NCBI RefSeq assembly: GCF_001194135.2
Contig: NC_068982.1
Coordinates: 9,403,778 to 9,467,777, forward strand
DNA: 64,000 nt
Origin: Octopus bimaculoides
Lineage: Eukaryota
Reading direction: 5' to 3'
The position numbers were made by a program, and so were the translations under genes. The notes beneath the pieces were generated by a model. The model was not told where the DNA came from. It was given only the letters and a program-made list of their open reading frames with translations, and searched no databases. Numbering within the stretch: position 1 is the first letter of the stretch; every line of letters begins with the position of its first letter. Of this stretch, positions 11,160-23,590 are shown piece after piece.

Positions 11160-13350
11160 TACGCATGTGTCACAACAGTCAAATATCTATATAAATAACA
11201 CATTCAAAGGTATATCATTCTAGTTTCAAAGGAAGTAGAACAAATACGATCTCATTTAATATCGGAGATGCAAACCAGTATATGAAATCATTAAATATGA
11301 AAATTGTAGATATCTTGAATCATCTAAAATTTGATGGAAGCTTTTCGAATTTTCCATTTAGCAAAAAATTCATTCCCTGTAATGTTCTCCGATTCCCATT
11401 CCTTAAAAGGACTGAAAAACGTTTTATTAAAAAATCAAAGAAAAATCCTTTTAGCAACTGCATCAAATAAAACCACGGGTTATTTTGATAAAAACAATGG
11501 CGATCCAGAAGCCAGAAATGTTTTGTATTCAACTTCCGTGAATAATACATGTGGCAATTATTAGATAAGATTTGGCGAAGCAGAACGAAACAACCAAAAG
11601 AAATACCTGAGATCCTCGACAGAATGCACTCAGTCAATCGATCACAAAAATAACTCTTCTATTTGAGATTATTTCTTCCTCACATAGACGAAGCTACAAG
11701 TTTTGATAATATTCTAATCTGCGAAAGTTTGTAACATGTTTGCCAAATAATGTATTTCTATGAAAATGTCTGAAAATAGCAAATGTAGATGAATGCAACA
11801 ACATTGACAAAACCAGCTCAGAAAGTTATCTGTTGCAATTTCTCATTTCTTGTCTTCGTGTAAACCCTTAAATTGATGTATCTTTTACGAGAATCTTATT
11901 GAAAATTCTTTTATACATATTTTACCGCGTAGTAGTGAAACAATAGCCTATGAAAATGCAGCCGATGTCTACAGTTTATAGTAATTTGCTAGCAACAGAC
12001 CATGATCAACAAGATACGCCTGTTAATTCTGTATCTGATACGAAATCGCTTAGACTAATGATTTAGATATGCACAATAATAAACAGAGGATTTTATTTTT
12101 GTGAATTAAATTGAAAAAGACAAAAATATATTAGCCTTGTATTTATTTATGCTACAAAACGAACAGACACAACTTACCTTCTGAACTTGCAAATTGTTTT
12201 GTGTTCTCAATTCTGGATGATTTGTGCTTGCTACATCTTCATGTATTCTTACTACATTATTGACTCTCAGAACGACTGCCCTTTCTCGCTTCAATTTACC
12301 CATTGTAATAAAATTTCTAGCAACCCCTCAAAAGGTCACTTTCTGTCCGATGCTCATTTATTGATGCCGGACGAAACTTCACAGTGCCATCGGCATCTCG
12401 AAGATATGCTTTGCATTTGAGATTTAATGAACAATGATCAAATCCTTGAGGGAAATTAACAGTCTTCAGCTGAGCTTTTCGGCAAATTCTTCCAGTAGTC
12501 AGCTATTTTCGATAATCGATGCATACATAAAAATGTCTTCCATTTGGAGTCTATGCACTATATTGCTAATCAAAACGTTTGTTCGAACAAAGTTAGTTTT
12601 GTTGTATTTAATAGGCTAAATCCACCATGCATACTGCTTGCTGGAGCTGGGTAAAGGAACTTCCATTTATTGTTAATACTGACATACATTTGCTAGATAG
12701 CAGTACAATTGCGCTCGTCCTAATTGTGAGTTCTAGAAAAAATAAAATTGACTCAAATAATTTGTGCCAATTTAGTAACACACTATGAAAAGAAAGAATG
12801 CATATCTTGAAGAGTGATTATAAAAGAATAAAAAAAACCAATTGAACAACTAAAAACGAAACTGAATAAGCTTTCATAAATAGATATGATTAAATTGCAC
12901 TCGATGGCAGAAACAAAATTAAGTTGGTTTTTATCTCACAAAATTTTGCATTTCACTAAGTATAAGTGGTTTGCCTCCTTATATCGAAACCAAGGTAGGA
13001 GCTCCTCTGATGCTTCTTTGAATCAACTTACACCACAGAAATGGCCATTGCAATGGTACACAATACAGGCCCTCCGTCCTACTAATAATTTACTGACCGT
13101 CATCAAACTTTGTTGTGCTGACACTTCTCTGTGTTTTTGTTTAACCTTTGACGCTGATACACTATTCGTTCTAAAATTATTGCAGCTTCCTATACGGTAT
13201 GTTTTTCTGTGCCCTTAAGGACAAAGGTTAAAGAGATGTAGATTGAATGATAGATTGCAAATCAAAGCACTTTCAACTACATAGCTGCAAAGACACAATG
13301 AGGAATATAGAACTTTGACTCGGAACGTTGTTTATGGAGAAGTAATCTAA
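11160..13350 (+). pseudogene. Decayed Helitron RepHel (Rep C-terminal part plus PIF1-like helicase)
   Basis: Colinear motifs: TVKYLYK..TFKG (11175-11211, Rep motif 3 Y..KY..K); YEIIKYENCRYLESSKI*WKLFEF (11281-); TTGYFDKNNGDPEARNVLY (~11470-11530); ILDRMHSVNRSQK*LFYLRLFLPHIDEATSFD (~11610-11706); QLRKL (11814); SGLPPYIETKVGAPLMLL*INLHHRNGHCNGTQY (12965-13066); LQLPIRYVF (~13180); TRNVVYGEVI* (13318-13350). These match the known Helitron consensus pattern FYLRLLL..V.GATSF, SGLPPH.L.LKVGAPIMLLRNL...GLCNGTRL, T.NIVY.EVL*. Confidence 0.9.
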
Positions 13351-13836
13351 GTAAATGCAAATATTGTATAATGAATACAGTGGCTTTGAAGAATATGAAT
13401 ATGAATTACGCCATCTTTAAAATAAATACATTCAATTAAAAACTTTTAAGAGATTATTTATTAAGCCTTGACATTGGGGTAATTTCGTTTCTAATTGTTT
13501 CATAGAAACATTTTTATTTAATGTAAATAAATTTTATATGAAATAGACCATTTTAAATGGACAAAAAATTGAAATTTGGGATTTTGTGTTCTTGTCGACA
13601 ACAAAACAGACGAGTTTCGAACAAGCGTTCATGAAATTAATACTAAATGTGAAGTCACACAATTTGATTGCCATAAATGAATAATTATTATTCATAGGGA
13701 GATGTGATTACCATTATTTACAATATATTCAAATAAGATTGGTATCCAAATCTGTAATTCAGAATAATTTTACGAGGAAGGCAACATCCCTTAAATTGAC
13801 ATATATTCGAGATAAAGTGTAGCTAATTAATTGAAG

Positions 13837-14444
13837 CGATCTTTTTTAAAACGGGGCCACATTTTTCATTAACGAAACACTTTGAAACTTGGAACACTGG
13901 TAGAATGTGTCATATAAAACATCTTTTTCTCTTAGTCTTCTTAAAAAAAAAGAAATCCATAAATTATTCCATGTTAAAGTTGTCGTATTTCTGTAATTTC
14001 AACCAATCACTGACGTCCATTCAGCCGATATAGATTAAGTGTCGACTACATAAACAAACGATTCTGAAACAATTAACCCTAACCCTAACCCTAACTCTAA
14101 CCCTAACCCTAACCCTAGGGTTAAGGTTAGGGTTAGGGTTAGGGTTAGGGTTAAAGCAAATTTAAAATGAAAAAAGCTAATAAAACGAAGGTATGGAGAT
14201 TAAATACGCTTTACATCGCTTAATCAGCCAAAGGAGTAAATCTAAACAACTGAATACTTGTCAGTGATTGGTTGAAATTATCGAAATAAGACCATTTTTT
14301 ACATGAAATAAATTCGAATACAAAAATATTTTTCTGTTCTATAACACAAAATAGATAAGTATACGAAGTTTGAAAGTCTTTCGGTACCAAAAACACTACG
14401 TAAAACATTAATGAAAAATGTGGCCCCCGTTTTAAAAAAGATCC
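13837..14444 (+). mobile_element. Telomere-palindrome MITE, copy 1
   Basis: ~37-bp TIRs (G/C)GATCTTTTTTAAAACGGGG(G)CCACATTTTTCATTAA; 8-bp TSD AATTGAAG (13829-13836 / 14445-14452); inner 21-bp IR (13994-14014 / 14260-14280); (TAACCC)n-(TTAGGG)n at 14073-14154. Confidence 0.92.
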
Positions 14445-15031
14445 AATTGAAGTATATCCTCATTTCTGATAACCATCTGCTACCTTATACGAGTTGTTAT
14501 AATTGAATGCATAGTTTAATGTACACGGTAGAATATCTATTCGTATTACGGCTATTCTGAGAAAGCGGGCTCTCTATTATTACCGAATAAAGCCAAACGC
14601 CGTATATAAAATATATTCCCAATATATAAAATATTGCGATGTTCATGAATAGACTATTGAAAAATAAATTTTCATCTCGCAGCTAATAAAAGACGGGAGT
14701 ATTAGTCATATACTCTTACATGCCAAACATTTCATATAATCTGATGTTAATATTTAACAATAAAAGGCAGAAACATGTGACACGTCAGAGAGAAATTTTG
14801 TGGTAAAGAACTTTCAATTTCGTTGAACAAATTTTGTCAATCTTTAACGTATAAAACTTCAGAGATAAGTTCAAATTTTATAGATTCTTATAAAATCACA
14901 ACTATAGTCCAGCAGAACGATGATCCTCGCCGAATGGCTGACCCTTTCTACCGGTTTGACACTGAAACTAATATTTCATTACTTGTATTTTATTTACTAA
15001 AACTTCGGGAGGCATGAGTATTCATTTATTT

Positions 15032-15247
15032 AAGGCGGCGAGCTGGCAGAATCGTTAGCACGCCGGGCGAAATGCTAAGCGGTATTTCGTCTGTCTTTAT
15101 GTTCTGAGTTCAAATTCCACCGAGGTCGACTTTACCTTTAATCCTTTCGGAGTCGATAAACTAAGTACCGGTTGCGTACTGGGGTCGACCTAATCGAATG
15201 GCCTCTTCCCCAAAAATTTCAGGCCTTGTGCCTAGAGTAGAAAGGAA
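15032..15247 (+). mobile_element. SINE family A, tail type 1, full length, 13-bp TSD
   Basis: A-box-like TGGCAGAATCG, B-box GAGTTCAAATTCC (15106-15118). TSD TATTCATTTATTT at 15019-15031 and 15248-15260. Confidence 0.92.
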
Positions 15248-15859
15248 TATTCATTTATTTTAGGTATCAATGCAATGTAGAATACTCCATTTACTAAATG
15301 ACGAAATATAAGGATATAAATTTACATAGTGGTATTATTCCAGATCGGCTCTGACTGAACATTTAAAATCAAACTAGATTTAACTGCCGCTAGCTCCTCA
15401 TGTTTCACACACGGTATACAGGGACCACGAATACTGTTCTATCTTCTCTTTTATCACACACAATTTCTAGCAGGCGAAAGGATCGCATAGAGATTTCCTC
15501 CTCAGAGTTTTAGGTCATAAGTTTACATGAAAATGTCTGGTGTCACTTCTTTGTGTCCATGTTTGTGTGTGAAAGTCGGTAAATAAATGTTCTCGGACGA
15601 CATCAATATAAATGTAAATATGACGATAGAAATGCTAGCATCTCATATTCTTACTTTATCGGCAGCCATTCCAAATGGAACCGTCGTGCAATACGCTAGA
15701 TTGAAGAGCAAAGAATCCTCCTTCTTATCTGAAAATTTGTGAGGGCATCATTCTCATTTGCTTCTGTAACAGCATTCGATAAAATATATATTTTCGTAAA
15801 TTTCCTTTTAGTCGTTCAAATGCGTTAATCAAACTAATGAAATGATAATCATCACGAGC

Positions 15860-15990
15860 CCATAATGAGCCCCAGGGTAGTTGCACGAATTGCTAGAAGT
15901 AACAATCAAATGTCACTCAAAATAAACTTTACCATCATATAAAAAAGGGGACACATTAGGTTATATAATCCAAGATAAACATTGTCAAAC
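15860..15990. repeat. Old interspersed repeat family F (diverged fragments also at ~30490-30645, ~31100-31160, ~55175-55290)
   Basis: Shared motif of the form CTAGAA.TA.CAGCCAAAT.TC.CTCAAAT...; strongly diverged. Confidence 0.45.
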
Positions 15991-16343
15991 TTCGAATGAC
16001 CGAAAATAGGACATAGGATATTTCTTCTGATGGTCAAATACATTCGCTAAAATGTCCTTTGATGGGTGGAACATTTTTAATTTACCCTAGAAAAATGATT
16101 GGCAGAGTAGACCTTGGCTGGATTTGAAATTACGTAGCAAAAATTCAAAACACGTTCTGTGCAGTTTTCTAATTAACGAACTCAGAAAACTGCCGATTCA
16201 CCAGTTTTTATTGTAATGCTGTTCAGTGTAAATAGGAAATTATTTTACATGTCTAGGCAAATCTGTTTATCAGATTATAAGCAATTAGCTGTACTATATT
16301 AGTTGTACTTATAATGTCATATTTTATCTAGTTTTGTGCATAT

Positions 16344-16539
16344 ACTCTTTTACTCTTTTACTTGTTTCAGTTATTTGACTGTGGCCATGCTGGAGCACCG
16401 CCTTTAGTCGAACGAATCGACCCCAGGACTTATTGTTTGCAAGCCTAGTACTTATTATATCGGTCTCTTTTGCCGAACCGCTAAGTTACGGGGACGTAAA
16501 CACAGCAGCATCGGTTGTCAAGCGATGGTGGAGGAACAA

Positions 16540-16584
<45 letters not shown>

Positions 16585-16745
16585 TACGACGGGCTTCTTT
16601 CAGTTTACCAAATCCACTCACAAGGCTTTGGTCAGCCTGTGGCTATAGTAGAAGACACTTGCCCAAGGTGCCACGCAGTGGGACTGAACCCAGAACCACG
16701 TGGTTGGTAAGCAAGCTACTTACCACACAGCCACTCCTGCGCCTA
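16344..16745 (-). mobile_element. tRNA-derived SINE family C with internal (TA)n/(CA)n
   Basis: Minus strand starts TAGGCGCAGGAGTGGCTGTGTGGTAAG, has GGGTTCAGTCCC (B-box-like) and CACCTTGGGCAAGTG, then an internal microsatellite and a tail ending (AAAAGAGT)2. Confidence 0.9.
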
Positions 16746-17743
16746 TATCTTTATAAAAGCCAAGGGACTACATCGATTCAGTGAATGATTAAGGAAATCT
16801 TGATATGCGAATTATATTAGAATTATCGAGAATTATAAGTGTTTGTTAGAAAATAAGATATAGAAAGTGTAATACAAAAATCATTATTTTTATCAGCTTT
16901 GATGATTGAATCATGATTAGAGAAATGTGAAGGAAACAACTTGATTGTTAGGAGCGTTGTAGGGTGAACTGATATGCTGATTTATACCCGATGACAGAAC
17001 TGGTGTTTTTTATTCAAAAACACAACAATAGAATTTATAACCAACTCTGGAGATGGCGACGTGATTTTTGTTTCAAGTAAGCTAGGTGCTAAATTCCAAT
17101 AATTCTAAATGCAGAAATAAAATTGTCACAAAATCAGTTCAAATGAATCTCATGCCAGCTTCATTTGTTAATCAGACTTTATGACTCCAAAATATCAACA
17201 ACAGCAATATTCTTTCTGACAAATATACGTAAGGTGCTACAGCCGTTGGGGTTATTAATTATAGCTAATACAAACTTAATTTCAAAGAGAAAAGTTTTGA
17301 GGCAGTAGATTCATGATTTGAACAATACAAAGATTTCTCCGTCGCCATGAATGGTTTTTAATATTCGATGTGACGCTGAATCAATTTTCTAGAAGTGTTA
17401 TTGTAGTCGCACTGAACGAAATTTTCTTTATTACAGTAAAGGCACAAATAACATAATTGTCAATAATGTTGAGAAATAGTGTGATATCTTGGTCACTTGA
17501 GCAACACTTTCAATATAATTAACAATTAAGAAGATTAAAACGCGCCTAATTGCATTTCTTAAATGTTAACAGTGGTGGATGAGCTTCCTTAATTGAACTG
17601 AATAAGAAAAAAAAACATTGAAATGATACATATACAAATAGATGATCATCACACATCCGTACACTCACTTGCATACAAATAGACGCACATGCAAACACAC
17701 ACACATATCACACACGCATACACACACACGCGCTCGCATATAT

Positions 17744-17951
17744 ATTCTTTTATTCTTTTATTCATTTCAGTCATTTGACTGCGGCCATACTGGAGCACCG
17801 CTTTTAGTCGGACAAATCGACCCCAGGACTTATTCTTTGCTAAGACTAGTACTTATGCTATCGGGACCTTTTGCCGAACCGCTAAGTGACGGGGACGTAA
17901 ACACACCAGCATCGGTTGTCAAGCGATGGTGGGGGACAAGTACAGATACAG

Positions 17952-18024
<73 letters not shown>

Positions 18025-18189
18025 CGACGGGCTTCTTTCATATTCCGTCTACCAATTCCACTCACAAGGCTTTGTTCGGCTCAACGTTATAGTAGATAAC
18101 ACTTGCCCAAGGTACCACACAGTGGGACTGAACACAGAACCATATGGCTGGTAAGCAAGCTACTTACCTCACACCCACTCCTATGCCTA
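17744..18189 (-). mobile_element. SINE family C
   Basis: Colinear with 16344-16745; longer internal (CA)n(TA)n. Confidence 0.9.
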
Positions 18190-18220
18190 CTACCACTCCT
18201 TAAACAAGAATATTATTGAA

Positions 18221-18304
18221 AGTGACTTCGAAGTCTCGGCCAGTTAAGCAATCGTCGGATTACTGTCCGACGATATGTTAATGAGCCAAGACTTCGAAGT
18301 AACT
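18221..18304. other. 84-bp imperfect hairpin (39-nt arms, 6-nt loop)
   Basis: AGTGACTTCGAAGTCTCGGC...ATCGTCGGA-TTACTG-TCCGACGAT...GCCAAGACTTCGAAGTAACT; about 32 of 39 positions pair by hand count. Confidence 0.8.
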
Positions 18305-19097
18305 ATATAAGAATAATAAATTTGTACTCTACAAAGCTATAATGTAACCTATGAGATAAATGTAATGTTGCTTTTATAGTTGAACATTTTCCTTTACTTT
18401 CTCTCGTTGCTCATACGTGACCATCGTCCATCTTTCTTTTCCTCACGTGATCATCTTTCTTTTCTTTCAGGGCTGTCCTAGAGGGTGGATGTATCCTATC
18501 TATTTCTCTTTTCTATCTTTTCTTTTGTCAAAGAAAATATTTCTCCGTCGTTCACTATTTTACCCACGTTCTGGTCTAACCACTCACCATGTCTGTTTTC
18601 GTTCGGTTTCCTTGTATGCCTCCACTGTCCTGGTTTTGTTCCCAACTTTGAGCCTCCATAAATCCCAAATATTATTTTGGGATTTGTGGGAGCAACTGCC
18701 TTCAAAGACTCATATTGTCGTTCAATGCTCGAAATGAGTAGTATAGTCAGCCGACAACTGATGAAGGGTCGTCCCTTATGCTTCTTGTCCTGTTTTCCAT
18801 TTGTTTCTCTCGTTCTTTGCATATTCAATTCATTTATCTTCGTGTTTCATATTGTAACGTCTTGTTCCCATATACACATATGTGTGTACATAATATATAA
18901 TATATATATATTTATATGTGCATATATATATATATTATTTATATACATATATATACATATATATATGTGTATANNNNNNNNNNNNNNNNNNNNNNNNNNN
19001 NNNNNNNNNNNNNNNNNNNNNNNNNNNNNNNNNNNNNNNNNNNNNNNNNNNNNNNNNNNNNNNNNNNNNNNNNNNNNNNNNNNNNNNNNNNNNNNNN

Positions 19098-19141
<44 letters not shown>

Positions 19142-19481
19142 AACCATTGTATTTTGTTTCGAGCAACAATGTTCTCAATTATAGAAGTCTCCGATCATAT
19201 CATCGAAATTACTAAGAGAAACTTCTAGTAAACTGCGCAAAGGAAGTTGTTTTTCATTGGCAACCAGGCAGACTATGTAAACAGGAAACAGGAAAATGTG
19301 GTGGCTGGTGTTCTATTGGGATTCACGGTCGCCACATTCTACCTAACTGCAATACAAAGTAAAATCTCTTAAACACAAATATTCAATACGAAGTAGATTC
19401 GTAAACGATATGTTTCTTGTATAATGTGCAGAAGACGTCGATGAACTAAAATCGGAACTAGAGAACAACTTTAAAATATCC

Positions 19482-19501
19482 TCATCATCATCATCATCAT
19501 A

Positions 19502-19537
<36 letters not shown>

Positions 19538-19830
19538 TTCATATTCATTTAACGACCGTGTTCCGTGCAGGTATGAACTGGACGTTGAGCTGACAAAGCA
19601 AAGGTTTGCACCTAGGTTCCAATCGTCTGCTTTGGCATGGCAGCTACGGCCGGATACCCTTTCTAACACCAACCACTTCATAGAATGTGCCGGGGCCTTT
19701 CTTTATGTCGTGCTAGTACGCGTGCTCTTTAGGTGGCGCCAGCAGAAGCGGTGCAAAACAAGGACCTCAGTGCTGAGAGATGTAGAGGAACTGAGGGATG
19801 TGGCTGTGTGCCAGGCAAAAGGTTGATGCA
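19482..19830 (-). mobile_element. RTE-type 3' tail (LINE end or RTE-partner SINE) with (GAT)n tail
   Basis: CTACGGCCGGATACCCTTTCTAACACCAACCAC resembles the common RTE-associated CTACGGCTGGATGCCCTTCCT..CGCCAACC motif; (CAT)n at 19482-19537 is the minus-strand tail. Confidence 0.65.
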
Positions 19831-20119
19831 TCATTTAACATTTAAAACGTTACTAATATGACATTCAGTTTAAAAACAATAGATGCGTAGCATGCATACA
19901 CTCAAAAGAAACAAAACACATGTATACACCCACACGGACAAAGCAAATACTCGCAGAACTACAAAACAGCAGCCGACTATAAAAGGAGAAACACACCACA
20001 TATATGTAAAGCGAACACAGTATAATTGACCAATGTAATTTATAAATTTTACTTCAGAAGTGATAGTTACAAACTTCACGAATGTTCTATTGGCTACTAT
20101 ACATTTGCAAAAAGTAACA

Positions 20120-20552
20120 TTTCTTTTCTACGCTAGGCACAAGGCCAGAAATTTTGGGGAGCGAGGGCCAGTCGATTAGATCGACCCTAGTACGCAACTG
20201 GTACTTAATTTATCGACCCCGAAAGAATGAAAAGCAAAGTCGACATGGGCGGAATTTGAACTCAGAACGTATCGGCAGACGAAATACCGCAAAGCATTTC
20301 GCCTGACATGCAAACGTTTCTTATTTCTTTATTGCCCATAAGGGGCTAAACACAGAGGGGACAACCAAGGACAGACAAAAGGATTAAGTCGATTACATCG
20401 AACCCCAGTGCGTAACTGATACTTAATTTATCGACCCCGCAAGGATGAAAGGCAAAGTCGACCTCGGCAGAAATTGAACACAGAACGTAGCGCCTACGAA
20501 ATATGGCTAAGCATTTCTCCCGGCGTGCTAACGATTCTGCCAGCTCACCGCC
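20120..20552 (-). mobile_element. SINE family A dimer (tail-1 copy lacking ~20 nt of head, joined to a full tail-2 copy) inside one TSD pair
   Basis: Two bodies, at 20120-~20318 and ~20319-20552. Flanks TTGCAAAAAGTAACA (20105-20119) and TTGCAAGAAGTAACA (20553-20567), 14/15 identical. Confidence 0.85.
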
Positions 20553-20984
20553 TTGCAAGAAGTAACAATTGCAACACTATAATTCAGATCCAGGTAAAAA
20601 AAATAATTAATAGATAATATATGCACCCTTATAGAAGTCCCCAGAGATAATCAATCAGTTATAAAAGCAATACTCATATCACAACCGAAGGCTACAATTA
20701 CTATACAAAATACCTACGCCACACTCAAGCCAAAACATTAATAAGTGGAGTGACTCTTACAGCTAAAATATAAAACGATGACGTAGAAGTCCAAAACTCT
20801 AACAGCCAAATTCTCGCGAGGCGGTTTACGCAAGGTTTGTATAAATAAATACAATGAGCTGCACAGAAAGTAGTACAACTCAACCTCCTGATACAGCCTG
20901 TAAACATTGGTCGAAATGAATTTTGAAATTTATTGTTCCAAACGGGCTATAAGATAGATAGATAACTAGATGGAAGGATACATC

Positions 20985-21002
20985 TCTCTATCTATCTATC
21001 TT

Positions 21003-21050
<48 letters not shown>

Positions 21051-21200
21051 GCTATCTATCTATGTATTTATCTATCTATCTATTTATCTATCTGTTTGTC
21101 TATTTGTCGATTTAATCTATGCATATATGTGCGTGTGAGTGTGAGTGAGTGCATACGTGCGCGCGCGTGTGTATGTGTGTGTGTGTGTGTGTGTGTGTAA
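20985..21200. repeat. (TCTA)n followed by (GT)n
   Basis: Direct reading. Confidence 0.9.
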
Positions 21201-22999
21201 TGTATTAGGATTAGCCGAATACTCGTGGTAAAACGCAGTTGCTTAGTCTCTAGCACACGTCTTGAATATCGACTCCAGTATAGAAAATACAGACGACACG
21301 AAAATTGATCAGCAAAGCCTATTGATCAATGCATCAAATACCCTTCGTTCCTGTCGAGATTAGACAGAAAATTCCGATAAGATGACAGATGCCATATAAC
21401 TCCATTCTGAAAGTAATAAACATTGCTAATAATGCAGTAATCAAATCTGTAAATAAAGGCGATGGAACAGATAGTCGATTAGTACAGCTGTTTCAAAATC
21501 ACATCGTGTGCAACTTATATAACATAACATATGTCTTGGAGGCGGCCGGTTTCGTTGAAAATAGTCTGCCCTAATATAGACTGCAACAAAAAATCGGGCT
21601 AGCAGAAAGACTAGAAAAGTGGGAGTGGAGATTGGAATCGGTAAAGAGCCATTGGCGTGCCCTCCTCACCGATTACTTCAGCGAGATAAATAGGGTTGTG
21701 GTTTTATTTCTTTATCAACATTATCAGATTATTAAAATGTTTGTAGTGAGCTATAATCTCATTAATGTATACGCGACGGCAATAATGGACAGCCGAGGAG
21801 CCGAAAGTTGGGATGCTTATTGATTTAGGGTGGAAAAATATTATCAATAAATGCTAATATGTGAATGAAACAGGGAAAAACAAAATAAGGGGAAATCAAA
21901 ATTAAAAAATAGAAAGAATACATTAATTCACGCAAACATTGAAAAAGCATGCAGCCAGACACTGAGTCACTATGAATGTGTCTTGACCCATCAACCGAAA
22001 TACTAGATTCAGGATCTCTCCTGGGGCGAGCAGGAATACTAAACAAATGGAGGTAATCTGGCTCTATCCACCCTTTGTTCTCAGTATTTAAAGCAGTCTA
22101 CCGAAATTGTTTTCTTTCTTTTTTTTTTTCTTTGCAGCTTTCGAGAAGCACTTTCCACATCTAGCATGAAAAGTCAAACACTGACTCTAAAATCTTTTCA
22201 CTGTAACATCAATCAACATTATACGGGTCGTTCTCCATTGTTCTGCTCTTGATGGACATCAAATCCAAATTTTGTCCAGTAAATCTTATCGTAAAAAAAC
22301 ACAGCGTTGTAGTTAATGCATTAAATGTGCAAAATGCAATTAAGAAATAACTTTCTTTTATCAGAGAACGTGTTAAGAACGTTAGCACAGATGAAAATAT
22401 TATTACTTTTAAATCAGCCCCACAGAATTGCAACAAGCACTGAGCGCATTTTGTTTAGAAAATATTCAAAACCAAATATTTCTGATGAAGGAAGTGACAA
22501 TGATAAGGGGAGTACACAAACCCTAAGTTATCACATGGCATGATGAAGTGAATAGACTATTGAGTGAGAACGCAAAGTATAAAACATCCATGTTAGGTGA
22601 AACAAATACTTGACATAAACGTAAGGTAGTACAGAAGCTAAAGTAGTTGACACATATTAATCGAGAGTCCATTCTTCCCTGGTTCACCTATAAAAAATAT
22701 CTCAACAAAGTTCTGAAGAGAATAGAATAGCAGTAACTGGAGCAAGATATCCGCCTGTAAGATATTCGCTTGCGAGATATTCATTTGCTAGAACTAAAAC
22801 AGAAATTACAGCGAATTACTTTTATGAAGTGGACCTCACTTTCTCTAAAACCACCGTGTTAATATTATCTTAGAAGTTGTTTTAGAAAACATAGAAGATA
22901 TGTTAAAACACATTTCAGGTTATCTGATAATTACTAAGAAAACCACGCAGGAATACGGTTGAGCAAGTCACAATATGTCGCAAATGCATTTCTGATATA

Positions 23000-23590
23000 A
23001 ACATCAGGGAGCATTTGATTGGATTTTGAGCCCAGTTTCTGATGGAGTCGTAGACACGCCTTCATGACATATTATGCTCCAGTTTTATCTATATGCCATA
23101 GTTGTGGGACAAGGCCTGGGTCTCAGTGAAGGATTGATATGTCAATTCTTTGAGGTCTGTCCATGATTTTCTCCCTCATGAGTTTGGTTTATGTCTTCAT
23201 TTGTTTTCGGTTCTTGCAAAGAATTGATATAAATATTAATAATTGCCCTCACCCTGCCGTCAGGTTTTTAGACTATTTCACTATATTTAGTTAAATGTCT
23301 GAGCAAAGGTACCCGTTTAAGTGGTACCGTCAGTATTTGTATAGAGGTACTCTCAAGGTGACATACCAATTCAAGCTTCTCTACCGGCTAGTCCATCAAG
23401 TGACATTGTTCACATATTTTAGACAGCATAACTCAAGAACCATTCCAGTAAGAAGTAGAGGAGAATCGAGAAGAGGAGATAGCCCTGACGGATACCTGTA
23501 GTGGCATGAAACCATTCCCCGATTTTGTGGTGTGATAGGACTAAACTGGTTGTTTTCCTATAACGTTGTTGTTTAGTATGGTTCTCTGTT
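23000..23590 (-). mobile_element. Decayed, internally deleted RTE-clade LINE (RT domain plus 3' end)
   Basis: Minus strand IGEWFHATTGIRQGYLLFSILLYFLLE (23523 downward; compare IGEWF.TT.GVRQGC.LSP.LFN), GLAGRE, and KSWTDLKELT near ~23170 (compare the RTE C-terminal KSW.D.IKEWT). Confidence 0.75.

Noticed and set aside
14073-14154. Interstitial telomere as a relic of chromosome fusion
   Set aside because: The polarity is opposite to an end-to-end fusion, and the same tract lies inside three TIR/TSD-bounded copies.
15032-15130. tRNA genes in the SINE heads
   Set aside because: A/B-box-like motifs are present, but I see no complete cloverleaf or acceptor stem, and they continue into SINE bodies.
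18400-18870. Minus-strand purine-rich ORF (110 aa) as a LINE remnant
   Set aside because: No diagnostic RT, endonuclease or zinc-finger motif could be matched with confidence.
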